In this document: positions 49,938 through 62,057 of the stretch, piece after piece
How positions within the stretch are numbered: the stretch's first letter is position 1
How the letters are laid out: each line of letters begins with the position of its first letter
From: Anolis carolinensis
Lineage: Eukaryota
DNA length: 64,000 nucleotides
Direction of reading: 5' to 3'
Assembly: GCF_035594765.1 (NCBI RefSeq)
Contig: NC_085846.1
Location: 32,971,190 to 33,035,189 of the forward strand
Made by a program: the position numbers and the translations under genes
The notes under the pieces: generated by a model
What the model saw: the letters and a program-made list of their open reading frames with translations, nothing else
Told to the model about the DNA's origin: nothing
Database searches by the model: none

Positions 49938-51380
49938 AAAAGCTAAAGAGCACCGACCATTATGTAAAAGAATTATAATCAGCCTTCTGTATCTATCCAT
50001 GGATTCTCTGTGCATGGATTCAACGGCCCTTTGAAGGCCACCATAAGCTTGAAAATGAAAATGAGTTCTAATGGAACAGTGTGATCCATCCACATAAGAT
50101 GTTGTTAGGAGAGGACTATGCATGTATGCCTACCCATTAGCATCACCTAATATCTGTTCTCAAAAATAATATTTTATCCTCAGTTCGACATATTCATTTA
50201 CATCTATGTCTTTCCTCCATCAGATCTGAAAACATGCCCAAAGCACAAAAAAAAAGAATGGGACTGAGGAGAGAGAGACAGCGAACTCCTCTTGTGGCTC
50301 ACATTTTGTACAGCACATATAAAATGTGTGAATGATACATGCACACGTGCTTGAAATAGCTACACATTGCTGCCTACTTCTTTTAAGACACTGCTTAGAT
50401 GTCAAGGATAGTAGAAAGGAGCTGCATCAGCAGGCATTGCCCTATCCCTGCATTGGGTGCATGCCTAGAAAGGATTTCTTTTCTTTTTTTACTGTAAGAA
50501 TATAAATAACCTGCCCTCAAAATATAAATAACCTTTGTGTCTATGTGTAAGTCATAGTTGTGGGTGTGCCTTCTCGGTGCTAGTACAGCAACTCAGGCAA
50601 GGATTCAGCATTCAGCCTTCTGCAAGGGTGGGCAATTGTGCTGCATCTCTGCATAATTCATTACCATGGTCCTTGGCTATCTTCCACTGAAGTAGGGACC
50701 GTCATGACAATTCTGCCACATCTCTGCATCCAAGGACTTAACATCTAATAAAAAAGCTATATTCAACATGTAATTCTGCTAGTGCAGTCAAAGCATTTTA
50801 TTTTGTTGTGAGCTACTAGGTCCCTGCTCCCATTTCCTCTTTCTTTCCCTTCCAGGTTCGTCTTTGCAGAGTTCCAAAAAGGCAAGGACATCCTGGATTT
50901 GGAAAAAAGAAAAAGATCTATACCAAAGCTAATCATATACTTAAGTAATAATCAAGGAAGGAAAAGAGAGAGGGTGAAGGAAGGAGGAAAACAAGGGGCG
51001 GAGAGTTGGAAAGGGAAAAGAAGAAAATGACAACAATGAGCGCTATGTGCATCTTTTTTACAGGCCTATTGTTAAATAAAGTTAAGTGAAACAAGACACA
51101 CTCGATTCTTAAGCTACATGTATCCTTTATTTCCTAAAACAAAACAATGTGACCGTTAGGCCCAGCTGTTGGAATGCATGGTAGCTGAGGACTGATGGTG
51201 GCATACCAAATGTCCAAATTTTGTAGGAACAGTTCCAATTCTCTGTAGTCCCAGTTTTTTTTTTTTGCTGCTTTCAAAACGTTCCAATTTCTCTCTTCCT
51301 CCCCCTTTCTCCCCTTGTCTTCACTTTATTTCAATTGCTACATATTTATTTCAGAATGCAGAAGCAGTTTATACACAATG

Positions 51381-52093
51381 TGTTGTCAAAGGCTTTCATG
51401 GCCGGAATCACTGGGTTGCTGTGAGTTTTCCGGGCTGTATGGCTATGTTCCAGAAGCATTCTCTCCTGACGTTTTGCCCACATCTATGGCAGGCATCCTC
51501 AGAGGTGTGAGGTCTGTTGGAAACTAGGAAAGTGGGGTTTACATATCTGTTGAAGGTCCAGGGTGGGAGAAAATACTCTTGTCTGTTTGAGGAAAGTGTG
51601 AATGTTGCAACTGATCACCTTGATTAGAATTGAATAGCTTTGCAAATTCAAAGCCTGACTGCTTCCTGCATGAGGGAATTCTTTGCTGGGAGGTGAAAAT
51701 GAACAAAATCTGGCTACCAGTATTAAAAACTCTAAAATCAGGACAGTAAATGAAGAACAACACTCTGAAAACAGGGGAATTCCAGATATGAAGCAATCAG
51801 GGCCAGCTAACAACTCCCAACAAAGGATTCCCTCAGGCAGAAAGCAGCCAGGCTTTGAATCTGCAAAGCCATTAAATGCTAATAAAGGTGATCAATTGCA
51901 ACATTCACACTTGCCTCAAACAGATAAGAGTTATTTCTCTTAACTTGGACTTTCCACAGATATATAAACCCCATTTTCTTAGTTTCCAACAGACCTCCAC
52001 CTCTGAGGATGCCTGCCATAGATGTGGATGAAACGTCAGGAGAGAATGTTTCTGGAATATGGCCATACAGCCCAGAAAACTCACAGCAACCCA
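51381..52093. mobile_element. Penelope-like element: inverted pLTR plus 3' ORF end and pLTR
   Basis: Minus pLTR 51381-51690, then a plus-strand 3' ORF remnant (KNSKIRTVNEEQHSENRGIPD) and pLTR. Confidence 0.85.
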
Positions 52094-54359
52094 GTTTACA
52101 CTCAATTAACTCAGGCAAAGGTAAACTGCTGCAGCTTTTCCCAACTTGTGTGATCTTTCTTACTGATTTTTTTTACCATCTTGACCAGAAACGGTTTGGT
52201 CATGTGTCTTGGTTTTCACAGTCGAAATACTTAAGGGTATGCTGTGTGGTTCATTCAATAAATGAAAGCATTTCAGCAATGTTATGCCCATAAAATTGCT
52301 TCACACATCCATGGATAGTGCAATGGAGAGAGACTTCTGGTTCCCTTGAGGAGTCTTGGCTTCCTATTCCCATAAAACCTCTTAGTTTAATTTACCTAAC
52401 TTACAGGTTTGTTATGAATATAACATAGGGCAGTCCTGTTGGAAATAGCAACCTCCCAAGCCTTTCACTATTTATTTGTCAATGTATATATTTGCTAATC
52501 TGTATTCTATGTGTATGTTGATTTTCCAGTTTGACTATACCTCTTTGGTATGGGAGGGGTTATAGACATGTGATTGTACTGGGCATGTTCAGACTCAGAA
52601 CTCCATTTAGTAGTCAGTCTACTCTGCACCTCAGTGTAGGTGGATGTCTGTATTACAGTGTTCCCTCACTTATCATGGGGGTTAGGTTCCAGGATCACCC
52701 ACAATAAGTGAAAATCCGCGAAGTAGGGACGCTATATTTATTTTAATATTTATACATTATTTTAGTAGTTAAACACTATTTTAAGTCTTTAACAACCAAT
52801 TGTGTGTTGATACCTCGCCTCCTTCTCCTCCTTTTGACACATGGGCTCCTTTTCTCTCCCTTTGGCTTCTCCTTCCTCCCTTCCTTAGGCTGTAAATTGG
52901 AATTTTTTATGATTTATAATAGTATTTTAGAGTTTATTGAAAAACCTCAAAACACTGAACTTCAATAAGAAATTAATACAAAATGTTTGTGAGTAAACAA
53001 AATATGTTGTTTCTTAAAGAAGACTTTATTTTTTTTATTTCTGTGTGCATATTTTAAACTAAGAGGTTTCAAGGGAGTGTATATCTTTTGGGCAATTACA
53101 ATTACAACTTGAAACAAAGAAACAACCATCCTCTGCTAACCTAATATATTTTTGTAGGGGCATGTCTTTGTCTTTGGCAGTTTAAAGACATGGTTCTTCA
53201 GTTTAACAGGTGAGCTACCTTTGTAGCATTACATGAATGGTTATGAAATTCACTTGTTCAAAGGGTTGACTTCTAAAAAGTTCATGCTTTTCTATTGCTT
53301 TTCAAAAGGTGGTCTCCACATATTCATGGTGATTTACATTTGCCAAACTGATATGACATCATTTTTTCTTCTTCAATAAGGTTATGATTGCCATTTATTT
53401 CCAAAGGGATTTGTACCCAGAGGCTGGGTGCAGTTATTTCCAATAGCCTTGCCCCCTCAATACCCCACTCTGAACTCCTTGAAAAAAGACACAGGATACA
53501 GATGTGCCAGAACAAATCTTGACCAAAAATTGAGCTCTGTGTGACCCCTTCTTTTCTAGTTTAATTTGTAGGCTGCCCCATATAATTTGATTCGGTTCTG
53601 CTCTGCTGACAAAATATGGAGGCTATGGGCAAAGCGGTTTGTGGCCCCAGACAATCTGAATGGCTCTCAAGATCCCCCCCTGACCCCATAATCCAGGACT
53701 GGAGAAGGGGGCACCAGCAAGGTTTGTCCTTGCCTGCTCTCACCCCCCCCCCCCCAAACAATCTAAGCTTCATTAGCTTTTCTGAAAGGCTATTTAAAGT
53801 ACTCCTAACGAGGGTGCCTTTCAAGCGGAAAACACAACGCCATGTACATCCATAAAAGGCCCTTTATCCCTGGGCATTGGGGGTTGTGGGGGAAGGAAGC
53901 AGTGAGTGACCCTCCTTCAATTATTCCCCACCAACTCCGGTAACCTTGCTTACCCTCCGGGCCTCATCAACATTGATAATTAAGATGCCCCCTCCCTGTC
54001 CTGGAAAAGAATTGTGTGCTCTCGTTCACCCCTGCCCTCACAATGTCCTATTGTCTGGGGTGGTGGCAAGGGTCACCTCCACATGACCCCTCAATGACCC
54101 AGCCATGAGGGTAAGGGAACATCACCCCTACCCCATGCACTGGTATGCATGCGTCTTCTCCGCAGCAGGAAGACAGGCAGCTGTGCTAGAAGGTGGCCCA
54201 GACATATGCAATATCAGAGACTCAACAAGGCAGCCAAAGCCTACATAATAAAAAGAAGTGCATAAACTTTAAACTACTTTCTAAGCCTGCTCAGCCTTCA
54301 CTCCTACCATTTATACACAGTCTAGACTGTAAGCCATGTGTGTGAAGTTGTCCTATTTG

Positions 54360-55232
54360 CTAAGAAAATCCAGCAAATGCTACGGTCAGCAAAGGACAAG
54401 AGGGATCCTCTCACCTCTGCAGGAGTCTACGGTATACCATGCAGCCGAGGATAAATCTACATAGGGACCACCAAACGCAGCGTCCAAACACTCACCTCTA
54501 CAGGAGTCTACCATATACCATGCAGCGGAGGACAAGTCTACATACGGACCACCAAACACATCACCCAAATACTCACCTCTACAGGAGTCTACTGTATATC
54601 ATGCTGCAGAGGACAAGTTTACATAGGGACCACCAAACGCAGCATCCAAACACTCACTTCTGCAGGAGTCTACTGTATATCATGCAGCTGAGGACAAGTC
54701 TACATAGGGACCACCAAACGCAGCGCCCAAACACTCACCTCTGCAGGAGTCTACTGCATACCATGTAGCTGATGACAAGTCTATATAGGGACCACCAAAT
54801 GCAGCACCCAAACACTCACCTCTACAGGAGTCTACTATATACCATGCAGCTGAGGACATGTCTCCATAGGAACCACCAAACGCAGCGCCCAAATACAAAT
54901 CAAGGAACATGAAAGGCATTGCAGGCTACTTCAACCAGAGAAGTCGGCCATAGCAGAGAACTTGATGAACCAACCTGGACACAGGATATTATTTGAGAAC
55001 ACAGAAATGCTAAACCACTCTAACAACCACTGTGTCAGACTACACAGTGAAGCCGTTGAAATCCACAAGCAAGAGGACAATTTCAACAGAAAGTAGGAAA
55101 CTATAAAAATGAACAAAATCTGGCTACTAGTATTTAAAAAAACTCTAAAATCAGGACAGTAAATAAAGAACAACACTCTGAAAACAGGGGAATTCCAGAC
55201 ATGAAATAATCAGGGCCAGCTAACAACTCCCA
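54360..55232 (+). mobile_element. Penelope-like GIY-YIG endonuclease pseudo-ORF fragment
   Basis: KKIQQMLRSAKDKRDP-LTSAGVY.IPCS.G..YIGTTKRS...IKEHERHCRLLQPEKSAIAE...EAVEIHK, with stops. Confidence 0.85.
54410..54895 (+). repeat. 81-bp minisatellite, 6 copies
   Basis: Units start at 54410, 54491, 54572, 54653, 54734 and 54815. Confidence 0.95.
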
Positions 55233-55737
55233 AAAATTCCTATGGCTTGCTGTGAGGTTCTTCCTAGTAAGTCTTGTCACCTCCACAGCTATATGTTTCT
55301 CCTACAATGCCAGGGTTAGTTCCATCATGAAGCAGGATGAGATGAAGCTAGGGAAGAGGGCAAGAATCGGTGTCTGTATGGTACAAGATGTGGCCTTTGG
55401 AGATGCTCTTTGCACTTCACGATTGGCATTGTATGCAACACTATTGGAAGCTCCTCTTTTCCACAAGCTTCTGCTTCTCAACTGCATGATTCTATGGTCT
55501 TCTTTTTCCATACCTTTTGGTCCCTAACTTTCTTCTGTTCTGACTTTCGTCTGTACTCTTCTTTTTTCAGCTCCTTTTTACTGTCATCACTCTCCCATAC
55601 CTAGGACTTTATCACACAACTCGTAGTGGTTCCTCTTATAATGTTATATGTTGTTGTGTATATAATTATGTATTGTTTTATGTTATATACTGCACCCTGG
55701 TGTGCCTTTGTAAGTTGCCCTGAGTCCCTTAGGGGAG

Positions 55738-55786
<49 letters not shown>
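55738..55786. repeat. (AAT)n microsatellite (L2 tail)
   Basis: Direct reading. Confidence 0.95.
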
Positions 55787-55788
<2 letters not shown>

Positions 55789-56330
55789 CTTTATTTATAC
55801 CCCGCCACCATCTCCCCAACGGGGACTCGGGGCGGCTTACATGGGGCCATGCCCAGACACCATACAATATAACAAAATAAAACAACATATCATAACACAA
55901 TATAACAGTGCAAAAATAATCATATACATTACAGCACAAATCAGAGAAAACAGTAAAAAACAGGGCGGGCCACATGAACACTTAATTAAAAACTCGGGAG
56001 AGAGAGGCATACGAATAAAGGGAACAGGGATATAAAATGGTGGAGCAGTCTAAAGGATAGAATCCAAGGGGAATAACCAAAGAGGTATATAACATTTACT
56101 CCCCAAAGGCACATCGGAAAAGCCATGTTTTTAGATCTTTCTTAAAGGCTAACAAGGTGGGGGCTTGCCTGATCTCAATGGGCAGTGAATTCCACAGTCG
56201 GGGGGCCACAGCAGAAAAGGCCCTCTCCCTCGTTCCCACAAGACGGGCCTGGGATAAAGGCAGTGGCGAAAGAAGGGCCTCCCCGGATGAACGAAGGGAT
56301 CGGGCAGGTTTATGATAGGAGATACGGTCA
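55787..56330 (-). mobile_element. L2 LINE 3' end
   Basis: ARSLRSS...RAFSAVAPRLWNSLP.EIR....FKK.LKTWLF, then 3'UTR with CCCGAGTCCCC stem and (TTA)n tail. Confidence 0.88.
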
Positions 56331-56850
56331 CTATTATTATTCTCATGGCAATGGCATTGTTTAGGCAAATGGAAAAAATGAAACCATCACTTTCACATTT
56401 TGCCACAACTGTGTTACAGTGTTGATATGGACCTCACTATTAGTCTTCTGTATAGTCTTGCTTTCTACTCATGTTTTCCCTATCCAGCATATGCATGCAG
56501 TGGTTTTGTATTTTACCACAACTGCACAATTTGTGTGTTCCCATGAGACCTTCCCTGCACTTTGCAGTATTAGGACTTCAGAAGAAAACAAAAACATTGT
56601 ATTGTATAAAAAATGGCGGAGGAACAATAGTGATATTGGAGTCATTTGATGGGCTTTTCCCATCAATGAAAAGGAACAACCCAATCATGATTTAGGAGCA
56701 AAGCAACTTTGGGACAGAATAACACTATCCAGTAAGCTCCAACCAAAGGCCCTTTTATTCTGCCATAATTATGCTTTATCAACATCATGTGATAAAATCC
56801 CCAGGAAGTTCTGAATCTCCTCTCCATTGCTTTCCTTCAAGCCCCTACCT

Positions 56851-57443
56851 CAATGGTTCCTAACTTGTGGTCCATGGACCACCAATGATCCTTAAGAACT
56901 AAAATATGGTCCGTGGCCTCACCATTACTACACCATTGCAATGAGAGCAACTGATCTCACAAAACCCTCTTATAGTGCCAAGGCAATGAGGATGTCAGGA
57001 GGGGAGAGGCTGATTATCTACAAAAGGTGAGACAACAAGCCTCCTGACTTCTGCTACTTCTTCTCCTCGTTCCCCCTGAGCACAGCCGTTCCATATGGCG
57101 CATGGAAGTGGGGGCACTTTGGTGCCTTTGTTTCTAGGCCTGTTCCTGAGGTTATTTGGGGGTGTGGATTAAGAAAATTGCATTGGGTAGACTACATCAG
57201 TTCTAAATTATTAAATATGGTTTATGTGGATGAGCAGATGGCAACTACCTGATGGCATATGTTCTGTATCAGAAACTAAAGCTGATATGGTCTATCCAAT
57301 GCAATTTTCTGAATCAGCACCCCAAATAACCACACTGAATCTAAAGTTGACCAAAAACTGATTCGTAACCCTTTTGGTACTAATGTTGGAGAGCAGTCCC
57401 TGGTTAAAGTGGTCCCTGGTCAAAAAAGGGTTGGGAGTCACTG
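56851..57443 (-). mobile_element. Non-autonomous hAT element (longest copy of the family)
   Basis: Same TIRs, TSD ccctacct/ctctacct. Confidence 0.8.
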
Positions 57444-59819
57444 CTCTACCTCCTTCATTTATCCTCCAGTCAGGTTTTGTTGTCTTATTTCCATGCCAAT
57501 GTGTCTCATTTCTTTAGCCATCTAATTTTGGATTCCCTGTTTCTACTTTCATGGACACTCCCCTGCCCTTCGGCTGCCAACAGCACATTGTATTTCATTT
57601 CCTCTGTCTCGTGTACCTTAAACAGTTCTCTGAGCCAAATTGTTTTTCTTCCTGTCCTAACAGACGTCTTTATTTTATTTCATTGTGAAAATTAAAAGAG
57701 AACAAAAAGTTAACACAATTATAAAGAGCAAAATGCTTGAAAAGAATGACAAGAATCAGAAAACAGAAGATGGGGAAGGAAGGAATTCCTTACATGTTTG
57801 ATAGCAAAAGATGCTGATGGAGGAAGGTATGAATGTGGCTTACCAACTAATGTACCACAGTCCAGTTTTGGTTTCAGAAAGACTTGGTTAATTCAACACT
57901 TCCACATTCATCTTATGCCTGATCTATCCTCCGTTACAACATAAGTAGAGTCCAAAGAAGTAAAATGGAGGAGGGAGGGGCTGCACAGAGACTGAGATCA
58001 GCATTGTTTTCTTACAGCAGTTCTCTATTTTGTGCAGTAAGCATGAAAAATGTTGGTGACGTATCCAAAATTCGAAAAACCGACGTCTATGAAATGTTTA
58101 AAGGCACACGTATGTTCATATTGCATGTAAACTGGGAGAAACACCAGTATGCTTATAGATTTAAGCCCATCTGGAGTACAGCTGTTTGCTACATGAAAGC
58201 CCTATGGATTTGGGGTAGGGGAGATGAGAAGCCTTCCCTGCTTTATGCCAGAAAGACAGTCAGCATCTGGGTAGGAAGCAAAAGCATTTCAGTTTTGCTT
58301 TTTTATATATCTCCTCCCCCTCTCAAGAGACCACACAATCTGCAGCCACATTAGGTCAATTTAAACCCCATTTTGAAACTGAATTAGTAAGGCATCTTCT
58401 TTACTCAGTCTTCGTGAGAGCAAACAGAGGGGGGGGGGACACAGGAAATGCCTTGAAATGAAGTGATCCTACACAATTTTAATGGTGAGAGAGAATCTCT
58501 CTACGAGTCGGAAAACAGGAATTCCCTGTAGGAAAATCCATTTCCTTCCCTGGCTCCTAGAGGGAATCCAAGATCCTTTGGAATGTATAAAAGCAATCAG
58601 ATCCCAGGGAGGAGTTCTCAAGGGGATGGGAAGTCTCTTGGTACCAATATCCTCCCCCAAATATGCTATTTTGACGAGGAAAATACACGGATGTTATAGT
58701 GCATGGCTAGGAAGAGATCGAGGACCATGCTGCTGCGGACGTCTGTAAGTGAAGAGGAAGAGCCAAGAGTTGCAGCTGGTGAATGACTGGTAGCAGTGAC
58801 ACACATCTCTATGCACATACTCGGAGGATTTTTAAAAGCCACAATTGTGTCTGTGTCTGTGTGCTTGTGTGTATACACGAACACACATACACACATTATG
58901 CTTAAACTAATGTAAATGCAGCCAACCTGCCTGAAGCATGGAGGGATGTTTATAAGAGACCAATGACTAAATCTGTTGGAATGCAGGGATGTGAAAAAGT
59001 CTCAGATCTGATTCTGCTGCATTCCTACCCTCCCTTCCCATATGGAAATAAATACAGACTCTAAATCATGTTCCATGAGTTATACATTTATTTATATACT
59101 TTTTCTAACGTACTGTTTTGCACTCATTTCATCCAGTGATTAAACATGTTTGTGGCTGCTTTTTGGTTTAAGTGTGTTTAGCTATTCAGGGTTTCTTTTT
59201 TAATGCATGGGTGATTTTATGTGCATGAAATATACAGCAAGGCTCACAGACGTGCAAACTTCTCAGGCAAGGTGTGCTTTATCTCGCTACAAGTCTCCAG
59301 AGGCGTGAAATGAGTACTTTCGGCAGCCCGCCCCCCTTCAAACCACGTACACATGTACAACCTGAGTCGGTGTATGTAAATACTCAGGTTGCGCATGTGT
59401 AAGTAGAAAGGATGGTGAAACAACGGTATGTATATAAGCCCCACAGTCAAGTTCCTGTCGGCTTAACACTCGATCTATAGGCAACCTGTTGACATGGTCA
59501 TTTGTTAAAAGCCTTTGTGCAATGAGGAACCTACTAGGGTTCCAGACTGTGGAAAAAATATAAGCATTTGGAGGTGTAAACATTTATAAGAATGCCATAG
59601 GGAAGGTGGAAGTATGTGGGCCATTACTCACACCATACCTTTTAATCCCCATGGGTTCACACTGGCCAAGTGAGTATGTCTTATTTCTGCAGCTATGAAG
59701 ACAGGAGGAGATTAAGCTCATCCTGAAGATCCACTACCATGGCTATTATAACATTAAGAAGCACAAAGTGTTAGAGATCATGAACATGGACAGACTTACA
59801 TGTTGGTTGTCACCCAACC

Positions 59820-60285
59820 AAGGCCTTCCTAAGAAAGAAACTAACTGGGACCTCGTAAAAGACTATTTGAAACAGATGAAAATAGACCTCATTTGTTGAA
59901 AATAATTGATCTTACGGATAAGAAGAAGACAGAGGGGAAGTAGATCTAAAATAACAAGTTAACTTAAATTGAACTTTAGGGCTATCAAGAATAAGAAGGA
60001 ACTCAACAAACTTTCCCCCCCTTTTTTTTCTTCACTTCTAAACATTTTATTTTTACTTTTTTATTATTATTTTCTCTTTTTTATACAAATGTAGACACTC
60101 TAGTCTTGGTTTTTCTTGTTTTTTCTTTTTTCCCTTTCCCCCCTTTTTTTCTCTTTCTCTCTCTCTTTGATCCTTCCTTATCTCAGTTTTCCTACTTTCT
60201 ATATAATCAAATGTTCTCGCTCTTTCAATGTTAATTTACTCTATCTTATAAGGTAAAACTTCAATAAAATTATTTTTTTTAAAAG
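59820..60285 (+). mobile_element. Probable L1-like LINE 3' end
   Basis: A-rich ORF-like end, T-rich 3'UTR, AATAAA followed by a T/A tail. Family assigned by resemblance only. Confidence 0.4.
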
Positions 60286-60334
60286 AAGCTTGGATATATG
60301 AAGTTCTATTGTGTATGTTCATGCCAGAGGTTGC

Positions 60335-60596
60335 AGCCCCCAGGAGCGCAATGGATTTAACCCTTGTGCCAGCTGGACTGCTGACCGGAAAGTCAGTGAT
60401 TCAAATCTGGGGAGCAGGGTGAGCTCCCATCTGTCAGCTCTACCTCCTCATGTGGGGACATGAGAGAAGCCTCCCACAGGATGGTAAAACATAAAACATC
60501 GGGACGTCTCCTGGGCAACATTCTTCCAGACGGCCAATTCTTTCACACCAGACGCGACTTGCAATTTCTCAAGTTGCTCCTGATACAAAAATAAAA
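60335..60596 (+). mobile_element. tRNA-derived SINE (Anolis SINE2-like)
   Basis: Reverse complement of the two copies above, with A-rich tail. Confidence 0.8.
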
Positions 60597-60644
60597 TGCC
60601 GGAGGTCAGCCTTCTTCAACCTGGCACCCTTCTGACTCCAACCA

Positions 60645-60649
<5 letters not shown>

Positions 60650-60692
<43 letters not shown>
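60650..60692. repeat. (TA)n microsatellite
   Basis: Direct reading. Confidence 0.95.
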
Positions 60693-60697
<5 letters not shown>

Positions 60698-61733
60698 TTC
60701 GCCCACAAGGCTGGGACTCAAGGCAATATTATAGGATGAGAAGAATTGTACATTAAGTCAAGCGTAGTCAAAAGCATGCAAAAATATTAAGGTTACAATC
60801 ATTTTAAATTATCCATAGAATTAAAATTATTTCAAGCATTAATTGAGAAGCATGGAATAAAAGGAGTATGGCATACTAAAATAAAAAGTCCTTTAATGTA
60901 AAATGACCAGTTCCCAAAGCTGGAATAGAAAGGTCAGTTGCTGACAAAAAGGACAGCATGGACGGAGCCACAGAGAAGGTCTTCCTATATGTTCACAAAG
61001 TATTTGCCTATAAAAAGTGGTGGGATTGAGAGCAATTCCTTTCCAACAGTGGGAGATACCACCGTTCTCCATGAACAAAACTTCAAAGAGAAGCAGCCTT
61101 TAACCTCTTGTGCTTTTTTGATTGCTGTAAAATAATTGTGCCTTTACTGAAGACTACTTCAGGGGAAAACTTTAATCAATCTAATAGATCCAACTCAAAA
61201 GGAAAACTGGTGTGAGAAAGGAAGGGGAAAGCAAATGCACCTTCTCTGTGCCATGGATGGAATCAGTTGTCTCCCTCTTGGAATAATGTAGTCCATGGAA
61301 GGCAAGTTTTCTTTTCTGCTCTGCAGTCCCGGATCTACTGAATTCCACACTTAAACCTGGGAGTCATTCCTTTTCTCTTTTGAAATCAGAAGCCAGGATA
61401 CTAACTACATTACAAGTACATTATAAGCAATATACTATGGGGACAGTAACTCCTTTCAGTGGAAAAAAAAAAGTCTGCTAGTGTTGGTTTTGTGTGTGCG
61501 TTTGGAAGCCTGACCTTTATACCTAGGGTTTTCCCTTCTAAGTGTTAGGGCATTTTCTTACTGTTTAATTTTCTAAAAAGTAATAAAGTAATTACCATCA
61601 CAATGAGCTGCATCACAAATACTTTGGGGAGGGGGAAACATTAGCGACAATGTGTTACTGGCAAGTGAGAAGACTGTATTAAAATCCATTAACAGATTGC
61701 CTTTAAAGAGTACTTTTAAAATATTTCAAAATA

Positions 61734-62057
61734 CAGTAGAGTCTCGCTTATCCAACCTTTGCTTATCCAACGCTTTGTATTATTCAACGCAGTCTGCCTC
61801 CCGCCTGGATCCACAGCTGTTTCTCTAGGCAGCAACACACAGCAGGCCAACACGCCCAACAACAACACAAGTGCAGCCACACTCCCAAACAAGTGGAGGA
61901 CTTGTTGTAAAACATGATATTTTGGTGCTTAATGTGTAAAATCAAATTATAATTTGACATTTATTAGGCTTTTCCTTAATCCCTCCTTATTAGCCAACAT
62001 TTTTGCTTATCCAACGTTTTGCCGACCCGCTTATGTTGGATAAGTGAGACTCTACTG
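61734..62057 (-). mobile_element. Tc1/mariner MITE (same family, opposite orientation)
   Basis: Same TIRs, TA TSD, internal sequence reverse-complementary to 40367-40670. Confidence 0.85.

Noticed and set aside
54410-54895. CRISPR-like appearance, and the 109-aa repetitive ORF 54439-54768
   Set aside because: Eukaryotic DNA, contiguous units without unique spacers. The ORF is an off-frame reading of the Penelope-derived array.
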